A DNA stretch of 64,000 nt, taken from contig CAJYTY010000031.1 in NCBI GenBank assembly GCA_913777945.1, forward strand, positions 131,200 to 195,199, in the 5' to 3' direction. Made by a program: the position numbers and the translations under genes. Source of the DNA: an uncultured Acinetobacter sp. (lineage in GTDB: Bacteria; Pseudomonadota; Gammaproteobacteria; Pseudomonadales; Moraxellaceae). Each line of letters opens with the position of its first letter. Position 1 is the first letter of the stretch. This document shows, piece by piece, positions 18,908 to 28,896 of the stretch. Under the pieces are notes generated by a model, which saw only the letters and a program-made list of their open reading frames with translations, made no database searches and was not told the DNA's origin.

Positions 18908-19840
18908 TTAATACTGCCAGTAAAGTGGGGTGCCATAAATCTCGCTAAAGTAATCGATGACTGCACGAACATTCAGGGGTGGATGGCGTGCATTTGGATA
19001 AATTGCCGCAATGTATTGAGGTTGGGATTTAATCGAGACTTCATGCGGTTGAAGTAATTGAACTAAATCACCTGACTTTAACGCTTCTCCAATGAGCCAA
19101 TCTGGGAACATGACAATACCTAGACCATCAAGTGCTGCACGCATAAGGCTCTCAGCATTATTCGATGTCATGAGTGCATGGACTGATAATTGAGTCCATG
19201 CGCCGTCTGCTTCTTTAATTAACCAGCGATTTGGTCCTTCAAATCCTTTATAAACAAGCGCTTTATGCTCTAACAACTGCGCAGGTTGTTGAGGTTGTCC
19301 GTATCTGCATAAATATTCAGGTGATGCCGCAAGATAATATTTTTGTGCACCAAATACTCGCGCGTGTAAAGATGAATCGTTGAGTACGCCTATACGAAAA
19401 ACCAGATCGGTGCTGTCTCTAAATGGATCGATATATTCGTCGGTTTGAATCAGCTCAATCGAAAGTTTTGGATAGCGCTTACAGAGCCCTGTTAACCACG
19501 GTGCAATATGTCGTTGACCAAAAAATACAGGCGCATTAATTCGAATGAGACCAGATGGCTCAACAGTCTTATCTTGTAAAGCTTCATGAGCTTCGTCAAA
19601 CTGATTGAGAATACGCTTGGCATATTCATAAAACAAATGACCCGATTCCGTGGGGGTAATTGCCCGTGTATTACGATAAAAAAGTTGCTGCTCCAGTGCA
19701 TTTTCAAGCTGTTGAATGGTTCTTGAAATTAATGACGCTGAAACCACTTCTTTTCTGGCAACAGTAGAAAAATTTTGCGCATCATACACCTGAACAAATA
19801 AACGAAGCGCACGTATATCAATAGAATGTGAAAGATTCAT
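18908..19840 (-). CDS. LysR-family regulator
   Basis: N-terminal HTH, LFYRNTRAITPTESG. Divergent from the DMT pair. Confidence 0.92.
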   Translation of the reverse strand: MNLSHSIDIRALRLFVQVYDAQNFSTVARKEVVSASLISRTIQQLENALEQQLFYRNTRAITPTESGHLFYEYAKRILNQFDEAHEALQDKTVEPSGLIRINAPVFFGQRHIAPWLTGLCKRYPKLSIELIQTDEYIDPFRDSTDLVFRIGVLNDSSLHARVFGAQKYYLAASPEYLCRYGQPQQPAQLLEHKALVYKGFEGPNRWLIKEADGAWTQLSVHALMTSNNAESLMRAALDGLGIVMFPDWLIGEALKSGDLVQLLQPHEVSIKSQPQYIAAIYPNARHPPLNVRAVIDYFSEIYGTPLYWQY

Positions 19841-19940
19841 TTGTGCAATATCTGCAAAAGTGATTTATAAATTATGCGGTTTTTAAAATGAATTGGCTAG
19901 ATTAATATGCGTTGCTTTCAATACAACGATCGGGTTAATC

Positions 19941-20375
19941 ATGCAATTGGTCTTTGTTCTGTTAACCATTTTAGGTGGAATGGGACTGTCTGTCGAAGCT
20001 GGGTTATTAGGCCCACTGGGTGCACAAGTCGGGGAGCTATGGGCAACATTCAGTATTTTTGGAGTTGGCGCAGCGCTCACATTTTTACTGATGCTGTTTT
20101 TTAGTCCGCGAAATACGCCTTCATTTTTCTCGATACCTTCTTGGCAGTTGCTTGGCGGTGTATTGGGTCCGATTTATGTGATTATTCTGACCATTACTAC
20201 ACCTGTGATTGGCATAGCCATGACCATGATTGGTATTTTAGCCGGACAGATTTTTAAAAGTCTGATGATTGATCACTTTGGTCTATTGGGTGTATCTCAT
20301 CGAAAAATCGATTCTAAACGTCTTATTGCTCTAGTTTTTATTGTGATTGCACTTATTTTGGTTGCACGAGGATAG
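19941..20375 (+). CDS. DMT transporter, YdcZ/DUF606-like subunit
   Basis: WQLLGGVLG and IDHFGLLG motifs; about 5 TM. Confidence 0.85.
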   Translation: MQLVFVLLTILGGMGLSVEAGLLGPLGAQVGELWATFSIFGVGAALTFLLMLFFSPRNTPSFFSIPSWQLLGGVLGPIYVIILTITTPVIGIAMTMIGILAGQIFKSLMIDHFGLLGVSHRKIDSKRLIALVFIVIALILVARG

Positions 20376-20380
20376 CGAAT

Positions 20381-20872
20381 ATGATCACAACATTTATGAT
20401 TCTATTGGCAGTGTTTGGTGGTGCCATGTTGAGTGTTCAAGCTGCAATTAATGGCCAACTTGGAAGCCAAGTCGGTGTGTTTAAAAGTGCGTTTTTAACC
20501 TTTTCGGTTGGCGCATTAATTACTGCCTTATTAATTTTTTATTTCGAACCCAGACATTCACTGACTTTGCTTGATGTACCTAAATGGCAATTATTAGGTG
20601 CTTTTTGTGGTGTGCCATATATTGTTGTTATGGTGCTGGCTGTACAGCGTATCGGGACTGCTGTTGCAACAGTTGCTGTGATTTTCGGTCAGTTGCTCAT
20701 GAGTATGTTGATCGATAATTTTGGCTGGTTGAATAATGAAGCCTTGCCTTTTTCTATTGAACGATTCGCGGCATTAATTTGTTTGGGTATAGCGCTTTAC
20801 TTTATCTACTCAAGCAGTAAAACGATGCAACCTAAGGCCGAAAAAGTATCAGACCTAAAGCCTCTTAAGTAG
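20381..20872 (+). CDS. DMT transporter, YdcZ/DUF606-like subunit
   Basis: QAAINGQL, PKWQLLG and IDNFGWL motifs. Confidence 0.85.
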   Translation: MITTFMILLAVFGGAMLSVQAAINGQLGSQVGVFKSAFLTFSVGALITALLIFYFEPRHSLTLLDVPKWQLLGAFCGVPYIVVMVLAVQRIGTAVATVAVIFGQLLMSMLIDNFGWLNNEALPFSIERFAALICLGIALYFIYSSSKTMQPKAEKVSDLKPLK

Positions 20873-20969
20873 CAAAAAGATATCAGATATTGATTGATGA
20901 ATTTCATGTTTATCATATGTTTCGTCTCTTATTTGAATCATCTATAAGTAGACATAAGTTAGAAGATGC

Positions 20970-20991
20970 AAAAACCCCGAAAGGGGTTTTT
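20970..20991. terminator. Terminator hairpin
   Basis: aaaaacccc-gaaa-ggggttttt. Confidence 0.7.
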
Positions 20992-21249
20992 AAAGTTAAT
21001 TAAAATAGAAAAATTTACGAAAATTGAATGAAAAATTTTATAAAAATGAGTATTAAACTTGGGATGAGACCTAAGATTTACACTTGTAATTTGCGGATAA
21101 TTTAGTCAGTTATATGAAACAGTAGCTTAATAATTTAAAAGCATCAAAATCTTGATTTTATTGAAATATTGTAACAAAAAAATTATTTTGCCAATAGCAT
21201 CATTTAAATGTGTATGCTTGAAAGAGTTGTTTCGTTTGTGAGGTTCAAA

Positions 21250-21495
21250 ATGACAGTAAAAGTAAGTATCAGAAGAATACTTTCTGAGAATTTCTTTCAA
21301 AAGAATACGACTTTTGAAAATTTAGACGATCTATTTTCAAAAGCTGGTATCACTATCTTTTCATTAGAAGATGATAAAGCGTTATCTGAAAATAAATACT
21401 TCAACTTATTTATTAAAAACAATACGTTGTATAGAGATTTTAATGACATGAAAGGTAAAGCTATTACGTTTTCAATGTTTCAAAACTTGCGATAA
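21250..21495 (+). CDS. Small hypothetical protein
   Basis: ATG at 21250 after a GAGG RBS; 81 codons in the AT-rich islet. Confidence 0.55.
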   Translation: MTVKVSIRRILSENFFQKNTTFENLDDLFSKAGITIFSLEDDKALSENKYFNLFIKNNTLYRDFNDMKGKAITFSMFQNLR

Positions 21496-22021
21496 ATAAC
21501 GGCATGTGAAATATATTATTTATTCTTATTTTTCAATTGTCTTAAAAATTTCCGGATATGACTTATATGCTTCAATTTTGCTTAATTTGCTAAATATTAA
21601 GCCGAATTATAAAGCAATTAAAATGAATGAGAGTTGTATCTAAAAGCGACTTAAATTAGGTATTACTGGGAAATGGTGTTACTATAGCTTTAGCCGAAAT
21701 TGTTCCGATCCAGAACAAGTAGATTTGAGTTGTTAATGGACTTGCGCTCCCACATTTTATAAAAGTAATTATTATTTTATACGAATTCAAATCTTTAACG
21801 CATTGTGTACCTAAAAGGTACACCGGTGAATAGCAGTTTGAGCAAATCAGGCTGCTATGTTGAATCAAACTAAATATGATCAATCGACACCTATGTGTCA
21901 TTAAAGCTGATGTAACTGTTATAGATCTTAGGCGAGATGCCTTTAACTTATCACTATCCAAGTTGGATACATGTAAATTAATCTTTTCTGATTACAAAAG
22001 CTCATAAATATGGGTTTTATA

Positions 22022-22255
22022 ATGAATATTATGAACGGCTGGACAACAGCGAAAGCAGTAAATGGCGACATTATTCGCGTGAATATTGTGCCATTAAAAA
22101 AAGTCCAAAGTAACTTGCATGGTCAGACCTTGGTTGAGGTGACGAAGCAAGTTGAATTAGAATCTGGTACGGTTCTGGCATTAAATTTAGATGGAAAGTC
22201 TTTCTACACCGAATTTAATAAACTCTATAAATTACAATCTAATTTTTCTATATGA
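22022..22255 (+). CDS. Small hypothetical protein
   Basis: Clean beta-rich ORF (GWTTAK...QVELESG...NLDGKSFYT). Confidence 0.55.
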   Translation: MNIMNGWTTAKAVNGDIIRVNIVPLKKVQSNLHGQTLVEVTKQVELESGTVLALNLDGKSFYTEFNKLYKLQSNFSI

Positions 22256-22269
22256 AAAAATAGTGAAAG

Positions 22270-22473
22270 TTGAATGTGATGATCAATAAACAAGCCATTG
22301 AAATAAAATCAGTATTTAATCTCGTTTACTATGCAAATGACGTTTTGCAAAATTTTGAGGTAGATATTGCAAGTGTCATGACTAAAGGACATGTAGATAA
22401 CAGTAAAGTGCTCTGGCTCGCATTAAACAATCATGAGCCTGGTACTGCTGTAAAAATATTAAAAACCAAATGA
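22270..22473 (+). CDS. Small hypothetical protein (uncertain)
   Basis: 67-aa ORF between the previous ORF and a terminator. Confidence 0.3.
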   Translation: MNVMINKQAIEIKSVFNLVYYANDVLQNFEVDIASVMTKGHVDNSKVLWLALNNHEPGTAVKILKTK

Positions 22474-22494
22474 TAGATGTATGGTTAAAAATAG

Positions 22495-22525
22495 ATAAAA
22501 AAGCTCATAATATGAGCTTTTTTAT
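22495..22525. terminator. Bidirectional terminator
   Basis: ataaaaaagctcata-a-tatgagcttttttat between convergent ORFs. Confidence 0.7.
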
Positions 22526-22800
22526 TATATATATCTTATTTTATTCATTTTAGTGACCTCAATGACTTTATATATTTTATGATTAAAAATGAGTCCATCA
22601 TGTACTTTTACGCGATCCATAAAACTCCAGAGCTCAAATGGACAAAACTCATTATTGTCTTCAAAAATCCATAACCATTCATTTGTTTCGTAAAGAAGTT
22701 CTTTATTAAATTGAATATCTTTTACTTTGATGATTTTTCTGATGAAATTATTTGCATCTTGAATCGTGATTTTATAATTAATCATGGTAGACCTAGACAT
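22525..22800 (-). CDS. Small hypothetical protein
   Basis: AAGGA RBS upstream; the ORF ends at the terminator. Confidence 0.55.
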   Translation of the reverse strand: MSRSTMINYKITIQDANNFIRKIIKVKDIQFNKELLYETNEWLWIFEDNNEFCPFELWSFMDRVKVHDGLIFNHKIYKVIEVTKMNKIRYI

Positions 22801-23118
22801 AAGGTATCCTTTTGGCCTAAATTGAGATTAATTAATTTATTTAAATAGTTAACTTTATTTCAATTAAAATATTTATAACTTAATTAGTTAATTAAAAAAT
22901 AGGAAGGTGATAAGAAAATTATTTTACATTGAAATTCGGATGATAGATCATCCGAAAATAAATATCAAATTAATGCATTTTAAAATCCGACTATAACATA
23001 TAATTGTTAATGTGATAGAAAATATTTTTTTAATGATATTTTTAAGGGTCTAATTTTCATCGGTTTTTGAGTAATCGTATTTTATTTTTGTAAGTATATA
23101 TATCAAATAAGCATATAC

Positions 23119-23147
23119 TTGATGTGGTTTTTAGGGTAGTATAGAGT
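23119..23147 (+). promoter_or_regulatory. Putative csp promoter giving a long (~155 nt) 5' UTR
   Basis: TTGATG-17 nt-TAGAGT. A long leader is typical of cold-inducible csp genes. Confidence 0.45.
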
Positions 23148-23309
23148 CTAGCTAGAGAAATGACACAATTAGTTAAACCTTTTAAAGTATCGAAGTTTTA
23201 TTCATAATCCTCCGTTTTTTAGATTCTTGAGCTCAATTTGTTAAATTTTCAAAGTTATATCGGTCAAATTTTATTTGGCAATTTACTATTAAAAATATAG
23301 GGTAAGATT

Positions 23310-23519
23310 ATGTCTAACACAGTTACTGGAACCGTTAAATGGTTTAACGAAACTAAAGGTTTTGGCTTTATTCAACCAGATTCAGGTCCTGACGTTTTTG
23401 CACATTTCAAAGAAATTGCAAGCTCAGGTTTCAAAACGCTTCATGAAGGTCAGCGTGTATCATTTAGCATCGTTGAAGGCCAGAAAGGTCCAAGCGCTGT
23501 CAATATTGTTGCTCAATAA
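23310..23519 (+). CDS. Cold-shock protein (CspA family)
   Basis: [15 protein letters not shown] and DVFAHF motifs. Confidence 0.96.
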   Translation: MSNTVTGTVKWFNETKGFGFIQPDSGPDVFAHFKEIASSGFKTLHEGQRVSFSIVEGQKGPSAVNIVAQ

Positions 23520-23528
23520 GTAACAATT

Positions 23529-23557
23529 AAAAAAAAGCACTTTCGGGTGCTTTTTTT
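23529..23557 (+). terminator. csp terminator
   Basis: aaaaaaagcac-tttcgg-gtgcttttttt. Confidence 0.85.
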
Positions 23558-23827
23558 ATTGCTGAATTTTAGACTTTTTCTCGATCAGATGATGCTAACT
23601 CAGTCCTTTGTGTATTCTGAATCCATATCATTTCATCATTAAACAAAGCTATTCATTGAAACACTGATGATTTGGTTGCTTAGAATTTTAAAAGACAGTC
23701 TATTAAGAAATACTGTTTATGAGGGAAGTGTTGTCAAGTTTATACTCTATATCATAGAAATTAACTAAACTCTTTAAGCCAATTTGGCAGCAATTTTATT
23801 ATCAGTGCGTATACAAAATTCTTAGAC

Positions 23828-23862
23828 AAAAAAAAGTCATACAACATTGAATGTTATATGAC
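23828..23862 (-). terminator. tRNA-Gly terminator
   Basis: Minus strand gtcatataacat-tca-atgttgtatgac followed by T8. Confidence 0.7.
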
Positions 23863-23886
23863 CTGTAAATCCAAATTTAAAAATTT

Positions 23887-23962
<76 letters not shown>

Positions 23963-23999
23963 GTGCCGCCTATAATACATTAAGAAAAACAAGGGTCAA
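23963..23999 (-). promoter_or_regulatory. Stable-RNA-type promoter of tRNA-Gly
   Basis: TTGACC-16 nt-TATTAT followed by the GC-rich discriminator GGCGGCAC. Confidence 0.7.
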
Positions 24000-24186
24000 C
24001 ACCTTTATGCAAATAAATCGACTGATTGAATAAAATAAAGGCAGTATAAGCTTAAAACGTCCCGTATTGGCTAAGAGGTGATCGAAAATGAATGTGATTT
24101 CTTGGGCGGGTATTCAATAAATGATCAATGAAAACAGAGAGAACACGATATACTGCCTAGAAGTTGAATCTATAAAAGGAAAACGC

Positions 24187-24495
24187 ATGAGCCTTGAACA
24201 GCAATTAACAGAGCGATTGATGTCACTGAATCCTATTCATCTTGAGGTCATCAATGAGTCGGCCGGTCATGGAGGATATTTTCCAGGAAAAGAAAGCCAT
24301 TTTAAAGTTGTGGTGGTCAGCCCGATATTTGAAGGATTACGTTTGGTACAGCGTCACCAGAAAGTTTATGCGCTAGCTGCCGATTTAATGAGCCCGGCAC
24401 GTATTCACGCTTTGGCCATTCATGCTTATGTTCCTCAAGAGTGGCAAGGGCAGGCACCTGATAGCCCAGATTGTGCACATGCACCGAAACGTTGA
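24187..24495 (+). CDS. bolA: BolA family protein
   Basis: ESHFKVVVVS, QRHQKVY and IHALAIH motifs. Confidence 0.92.
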   Translation: MSLEQQLTERLMSLNPIHLEVINESAGHGGYFPGKESHFKVVVVSPIFEGLRLVQRHQKVYALAADLMSPARIHALAIHAYVPQEWQGQAPDSPDCAHAPKR

Positions 24496-24506
24496 GGTGA
24501 TAAAAT

Positions 24507-24899
24507 ATGGATGCGCATCTCATCACTAAAATAATTCATATGACTGCGGTGACCGTCGCACTGGTCGTCTTTGTCGCTCGTGCTTTCACCTTATTTATCG
24601 GTACGCAAAATCAGCAGCCCAATCCAATTGCCCGTGTGCCGCTCACAGCCTTGCAACATTTAAGTTATAGCATTGTGCTGATAACGGGTGTTGTATTGCT
24701 GTTTATGAAGCATTTTCAGGTTCAGCCTTGGTTTTATGCCAAGATGGTTCTGTTTTTGGTACTGTTGTCATCGCTCATGAAAGCCTTTAAAAAGGATAAT
24801 CAAATTTTACTGGTCCAACGTCGTGCCGGACTATTCTTGGGGGCGATTGCATTTGTGGCAATCATGAGTCTGGTGATCATCAAACCAGTTTTTAACTAA
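24507..24899 (+). CDS. SirB2-family membrane protein
   Basis: KIIH...4 TM...PWFYAKMV pattern. Confidence 0.75.
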   Translation: MDAHLITKIIHMTAVTVALVVFVARAFTLFIGTQNQQPNPIARVPLTALQHLSYSIVLITGVVLLFMKHFQVQPWFYAKMVLFLVLLSSLMKAFKKDNQILLVQRRAGLFLGAIAFVAIMSLVIIKPVFN

Positions 24900-24981
24900 T
24901 TGTTTGACATACTTTTCCTTTTATTTCGTATGCTGGGTTAAACTGTGTACGAAAGAAAAATAAACACGAAGCGGGGGAAGT

Positions 24982-25815
24982 ATGCTGACAAGAGTGGTAT
25001 TCAATCAAAAAGGTGGGGTTGGAAAATCCAGTATTACGGTAAATCTGGCCGCAATCAGTGCCAAGCATTTTAAAACCTTAGTAATCGATCTTGACCCACA
25101 GGCCAACTCCACCCAGTATTTGCTGGGTGAAGCGGCCACCTATGCGGCAGACAAACCCGTACTTGAGCCCAATATTGAAAATTTCTACGACGATGTACTC
25201 GGTGGAAATCAGCCCAAGGGCTTGATTGGCAATGCCATCGGCTCACTTTTGAAATCGCGTGCCAAAGGGCTCGACAGTTTTATTCATCCAACCGCGTTTC
25301 CTCAATTAGATGTGCTTCCTGCTAGCCCAAAACTGGGTAGTCTTGAACATGCGCTTGAGTCCAAGCATAAAATTTATAAATTGCGTGACGCGATTATCTC
25401 ACTTGCTGGTCAATATGACCGGATTTATATTGATACGCCGCCCGCATTCAATTTCTTTACTTTATCGGCATTAATCGCGGCCGATCGTGTCCTGATCCCT
25501 TTTGATTGTGATGTATTTTCCAAACGTGCGTTACAAACATTGATTGAAAATGTGATCGAAACCCAAGATGATCATAATGATCGTCTCGAAATTGAAGGAA
25601 TTGTGGTCAATCAGTTTCAGGCACAAGCCAAACTTCCACGCGAAGTGGTGCAACAATTGAAAGATGAAGGCTTACCTGTACTCAATCATATGTTGCCGCC
25701 TTCAGTATTGATGAAGGAATCACATCTCAAGAACTTGCCGTTGGTTCATTTGGCACCTGAACATAAACTGACCTTGGCCTATCAAGCGTTGTTCAGGGAA
25801 ATCGAATCGCTTTAA
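24982..25815 (+). CDS. ParA-family ATPase (orphan)
   Basis: NQKGGVGKS, IDLDPQAN and IDTPP motifs. Confidence 0.9.
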   Translation: MLTRVVFNQKGGVGKSSITVNLAAISAKHFKTLVIDLDPQANSTQYLLGEAATYAADKPVLEPNIENFYDDVLGGNQPKGLIGNAIGSLLKSRAKGLDSFIHPTAFPQLDVLPASPKLGSLEHALESKHKIYKLRDAIISLAGQYDRIYIDTPPAFNFFTLSALIAADRVLIPFDCDVFSKRALQTLIENVIETQDDHNDRLEIEGIVVNQFQAQAKLPREVVQQLKDEGLPVLNHMLPPSVLMKESHLKNLPLVHLAPEHKLTLAYQALFREIESL

Positions 25816-25827
25816 AGGGAATCATAT

Positions 25828-26208
25828 ATGAAAGGTTTAAATGTTGTGCCTTTAGTGGCCGCTAGTTTACTGCTCGGTGCATGTGCAACCACTGTAAAAC
25901 CCACCTACGTTTCACCTACGCAGTATCAATCACTCAATTGCTCGCAATTGCAAAGTGAATACAATCGGATTCAGACGTATATTAACAGCGGCGTACAAAC
26001 ACCCAAACGTACAGGTGTCGGTGTTGGCTTAGGGCTCGGTGGTGGTTGGGGACGTGGCGGTTGGGGCTTTGGACCGTCGGTTTCAGTCAATCTTGGTCAG
26101 TCATCTGAAACCAAAAACACGGAATTATCTCGTGTTTTGGGCCAGCAGCAGGCGATTGCTCAAGCTGCACAGTTTAAAAATTGCCCGATTATGACCGGAA
26201 AACGATAA
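25828..26208 (+). CDS. Hypothetical lipoprotein with Gly-rich segment
   Basis: Lipobox LGAC; YQSLNCSQL; GVGVGLGLGGGWG. Confidence 0.75.
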   Translation: MKGLNVVPLVAASLLLGACATTVKPTYVSPTQYQSLNCSQLQSEYNRIQTYINSGVQTPKRTGVGVGLGLGGGWGRGGWGFGPSVSVNLGQSSETKNTELSRVLGQQQAIAQAAQFKNCPIMTGKR

Positions 26209-26427
26209 GGATTTTATACTAAGCCTTCGGTTTTACGCACAAGTTTGGTGTAAAACCGAAAATTAAGTTTTTCAAAATATTATTAAAATTGTTTATAAAA
26301 ATTAAAATCTTATAAAATAGTACTGCTGTTTTTGTGTCGATTTTCCTGTGCGGTCAGTGTATAAAACTTGTCAGATGAAATGACTTTCCTATAAGGTGTG
26401 CTGCTTCTTCATCATTATGGATACTGC

Positions 26428-27018
26428 ATGATTGAGAGTTGGTTTTTTGTCATCGCGATGATCGCGGTACTGTTGATTCCAGGGCCAACCAACGCCCTGC
26501 TGGCCAGTGCTGCCCACCAGCAAGGTATTGTAAAAACAGCTTATGCGGTGCCAGCAGAGTGGCTGGGATACATTTATGGCATTAGCCTCTGGGCCATTTT
26601 TATTCACTTGGGTGAACCCATCTGGCCTGCTTTGATTCCGATTTTGCATACCATTAGTGCCATGTATGTCATTTGGCTGGCATTTAATTTATGGAAAAGT
26701 TCACATCTTGAGCGCCATAGTCAGCAACACATCTCGATTAAACCACGTCAGATCTTTTTTGCCAGTTTAAAAAATCCGAAAGCCTTACTGTTTGCTGCGG
26801 GTATTTTCCCGCCCGAAACTTGGGAGTCGCTCTACAATACTGTACATGTCTTTATATTGTTTAGCCTGATTTTGTTGCCTGTTGCATTCTTTTGGATGTG
26901 TTTTGGGCGTGCTTTGCTGGCAGGAAATGTTCGTGGTGTGCGGGCAGAACATTTGTATAAAGGTTCTGCCTTGCTGTTGGTGGTCTGTATGCTGCCGGTG
27001 ATTTTTAGATTCTTTTAA
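26428..27018 (+). CDS. LysE-family translocator
   Basis: LLIPGPTN and SLKNPKALL motifs. Confidence 0.85.
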   Translation: MIESWFFVIAMIAVLLIPGPTNALLASAAHQQGIVKTAYAVPAEWLGYIYGISLWAIFIHLGEPIWPALIPILHTISAMYVIWLAFNLWKSSHLERHSQQHISIKPRQIFFASLKNPKALLFAAGIFPPETWESLYNTVHVFILFSLILLPVAFFWMCFGRALLAGNVRGVRAEHLYKGSALLLVVCMLPVIFRFF

Positions 27019-27022
27019 GCGT

Positions 27023-27670
27023 TTATTTTTGCAAGGTTTGGCGTCTATTTAGATATTTTTGGCGTACAAACCCGATCACGCCAGGCAAAATACTTAAAAT
27101 AATAATGCCAAAAATCAAATGCGTGAAATTGTCTTTGACCACAGGCATATTGCCAAACAAATACCCAAGCGTAATAAACGAGCCAATCCATAAAAAGGCA
27201 CCCACGACGTTATAACTTAGGAAAAATTTGTAATTCATACTGCCTGCGCCTGCTACAAACGGCGCAAAGGTACGAGCAAACGGAATAAAGCGTGCAAAAA
27301 TAATGGTTTTACCGCCATGACGCTCAAAAAAAGCATGGGTTTTGACCAAATGTGACTTGTTGATAAAACGAGAGTTCATTTCAAACACACGCGGTCCGAT
27401 AAAGCGTCCGATGTGATAATTCAACGTATCACCCAGCACCGCTGCAATAAATAACAGCAAACCCAGTAGCCAAGGATCCATGGCACCGGTTGAGGCAGCC
27501 AGCGCACCGGCTGCAAATAATAAACTGTCACCTGGTAAAAACGGCATGACCACCAAACCAGTTTCTACAAAAATAATCAGAAACAAGATGGCATAGATCC
27601 AGACTCCATAATTTCGAATGAATTCAAGGAGGTGGTCATCAACATGTAAAATAAAATCGAAGAGTTCCAT
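27023..27670 (-). CDS. DedA family protein
   Basis: ETGLVVMPFLPGDSLLF and ARFIPFART motifs. Confidence 0.93.
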   Translation of the reverse strand: MELFDFILHVDDHLLEFIRNYGVWIYAILFLIIFVETGLVVMPFLPGDSLLFAAGALAASTGAMDPWLLGLLLFIAAVLGDTLNYHIGRFIGPRVFEMNSRFINKSHLVKTHAFFERHGGKTIIFARFIPFARTFAPFVAGAGSMNYKFFLSYNVVGAFLWIGSFITLGYLFGNMPVVKDNFTHLIFGIIILSILPGVIGFVRQKYLNRRQTLQK

Positions 27671-27867
27671 GGGGCATCAAAGTGCAAAATTGTATCCAAA
27701 TCCTAACAGTGCTGTACCGGAAAGTCAGTACGATAAAGTAACAATCTGAAAGAGATTTATTGTTCTTAAAATAGAACAATTTGTATTTTTAATCATATTT
27801 ATTGCAAAAATAATTCTACTTAGAATCTCAGTATTCCAAAACATGTTCAAATAATGAGGTATATCTG

Positions 27868-28290
27868 ATGTTTAATCCAAATGTTATCGTTAAAAATGCA
27901 GTCGCTCATCACGGTGTAAATGGTGTGGTCAGCTTGGTGGCCCGTGTATTGATGGCTTATATTTTTGTCGTAGCGGGTTGGGGCAAACTGACTGCTTATA
28001 CTGCAACAGTAGGCTATATGGAGTCTATGGGAGTGCCGGGAGCATTATTACCTCTAACGATTCTGGTAGAGCTTGGTGGTGGTCTGGCGTTGCTGTTTGG
28101 ACTTCAGGCCCGCTTTGCAGCGTTTGGTCTAGGAATTTTTAGCATCATCACGGCATTTATTTTTCATGAAGGCGCCGAGAGTGCACAAGCCATTAACTTT
28201 ATGAAAAACTTTGCGATGGCAGGTGGGTTATTTTTCTTGATGCTACATGGCGCAGGCAAGTTTAGTATCGATACCGCAATTGAAAAGTAA
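27868..28290 (+). CDS. DoxX family protein
   Basis: ARVLM...GWGKL...ELGGG...FMKN...GAGKFSID pattern. Confidence 0.9.
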   Translation: MFNPNVIVKNAVAHHGVNGVVSLVARVLMAYIFVVAGWGKLTAYTATVGYMESMGVPGALLPLTILVELGGGLALLFGLQARFAAFGLGIFSIITAFIFHEGAESAQAINFMKNFAMAGGLFFLMLHGAGKFSIDTAIEK

Positions 28291-28393
28291 CATTGATCAA
28301 GCGACTTGATTTGCCTCTTACAAATCTCTACCCGACAATCTCGTGAAATTCTGTTTAGATCACAACGAGTTGAATAATAAAAGGAGATGATCT

Positions 28394-28768
28394 GTGAAAA
28401 AAACAACGACGTTATTGTCGCTTATGGTCGGTTTAGCGGCCTCATCGATGGCCTTTGCGGGTAAGGATGATCATGTGATTATTCAAGAAGCGGCTAAAAA
28501 TAAAGTGAATGTGCAACAAATCGCTCAGCTTAAAGACGAAACAGGCATTACTCTGATTGGACAGATTACCCAGCACCTCAAAGGCGATCATTATCAGTTT
28601 CAAGATGCGACCGGTCGCATTGGTGTGGAGATTGACGATGACCTATGGCGACAGGCCAATTTGAAGGTCGGTGATCATGTTCGTGTGGTGGGTGAAGTCG
28701 ATACACATCGCTATAAACCGACCGATATTGAGGTGATTCAAATCGAGCGTTATACGCACGCACATTAA
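28394..28768 (+). CDS. YgiW/YdeI-family periplasmic OB-fold stress protein
   Basis: Signal peptide; YQFQDATGRIGVEID and GEVD motifs. Confidence 0.88.
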   Translation: MKKTTTLLSLMVGLAASSMAFAGKDDHVIIQEAAKNKVNVQQIAQLKDETGITLIGQITQHLKGDHYQFQDATGRIGVEIDDDLWRQANLKVGDHVRVVGEVDTHRYKPTDIEVIQIERYTHAH

Positions 28769-28896
28769 GTAAGTAAATCCTTGTATTTCATCGACTCTTT
28801 TAGCGAGTTTGATTGTTGAAGGAAAGAGCGTGCGCGGTACAGTGAAAAATGTTAGAATACTGCGCTTCTCTCGTTGCCTTGCATAGTTGTGTAATC

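Noticed and set aside
21656-21961. 101-aa minus-strand ORF, and a plus-strand fragment (ADVTVIDL) faintly like an amidohydrolase C-terminus
   Set aside because: The minus ORF has no RBS or motif. The plus strand has many stops and the similarity is too weak to support by eye.
20992-23886. Prophage or integrative element at tRNA-Gly
   Set aside because: No integrase, phage gene or att duplication is visible.
24982-25815. ParA as a sign of an integrated plasmid
   Set aside because: No parB, rep or iterons; embedded among housekeeping genes with normal composition.
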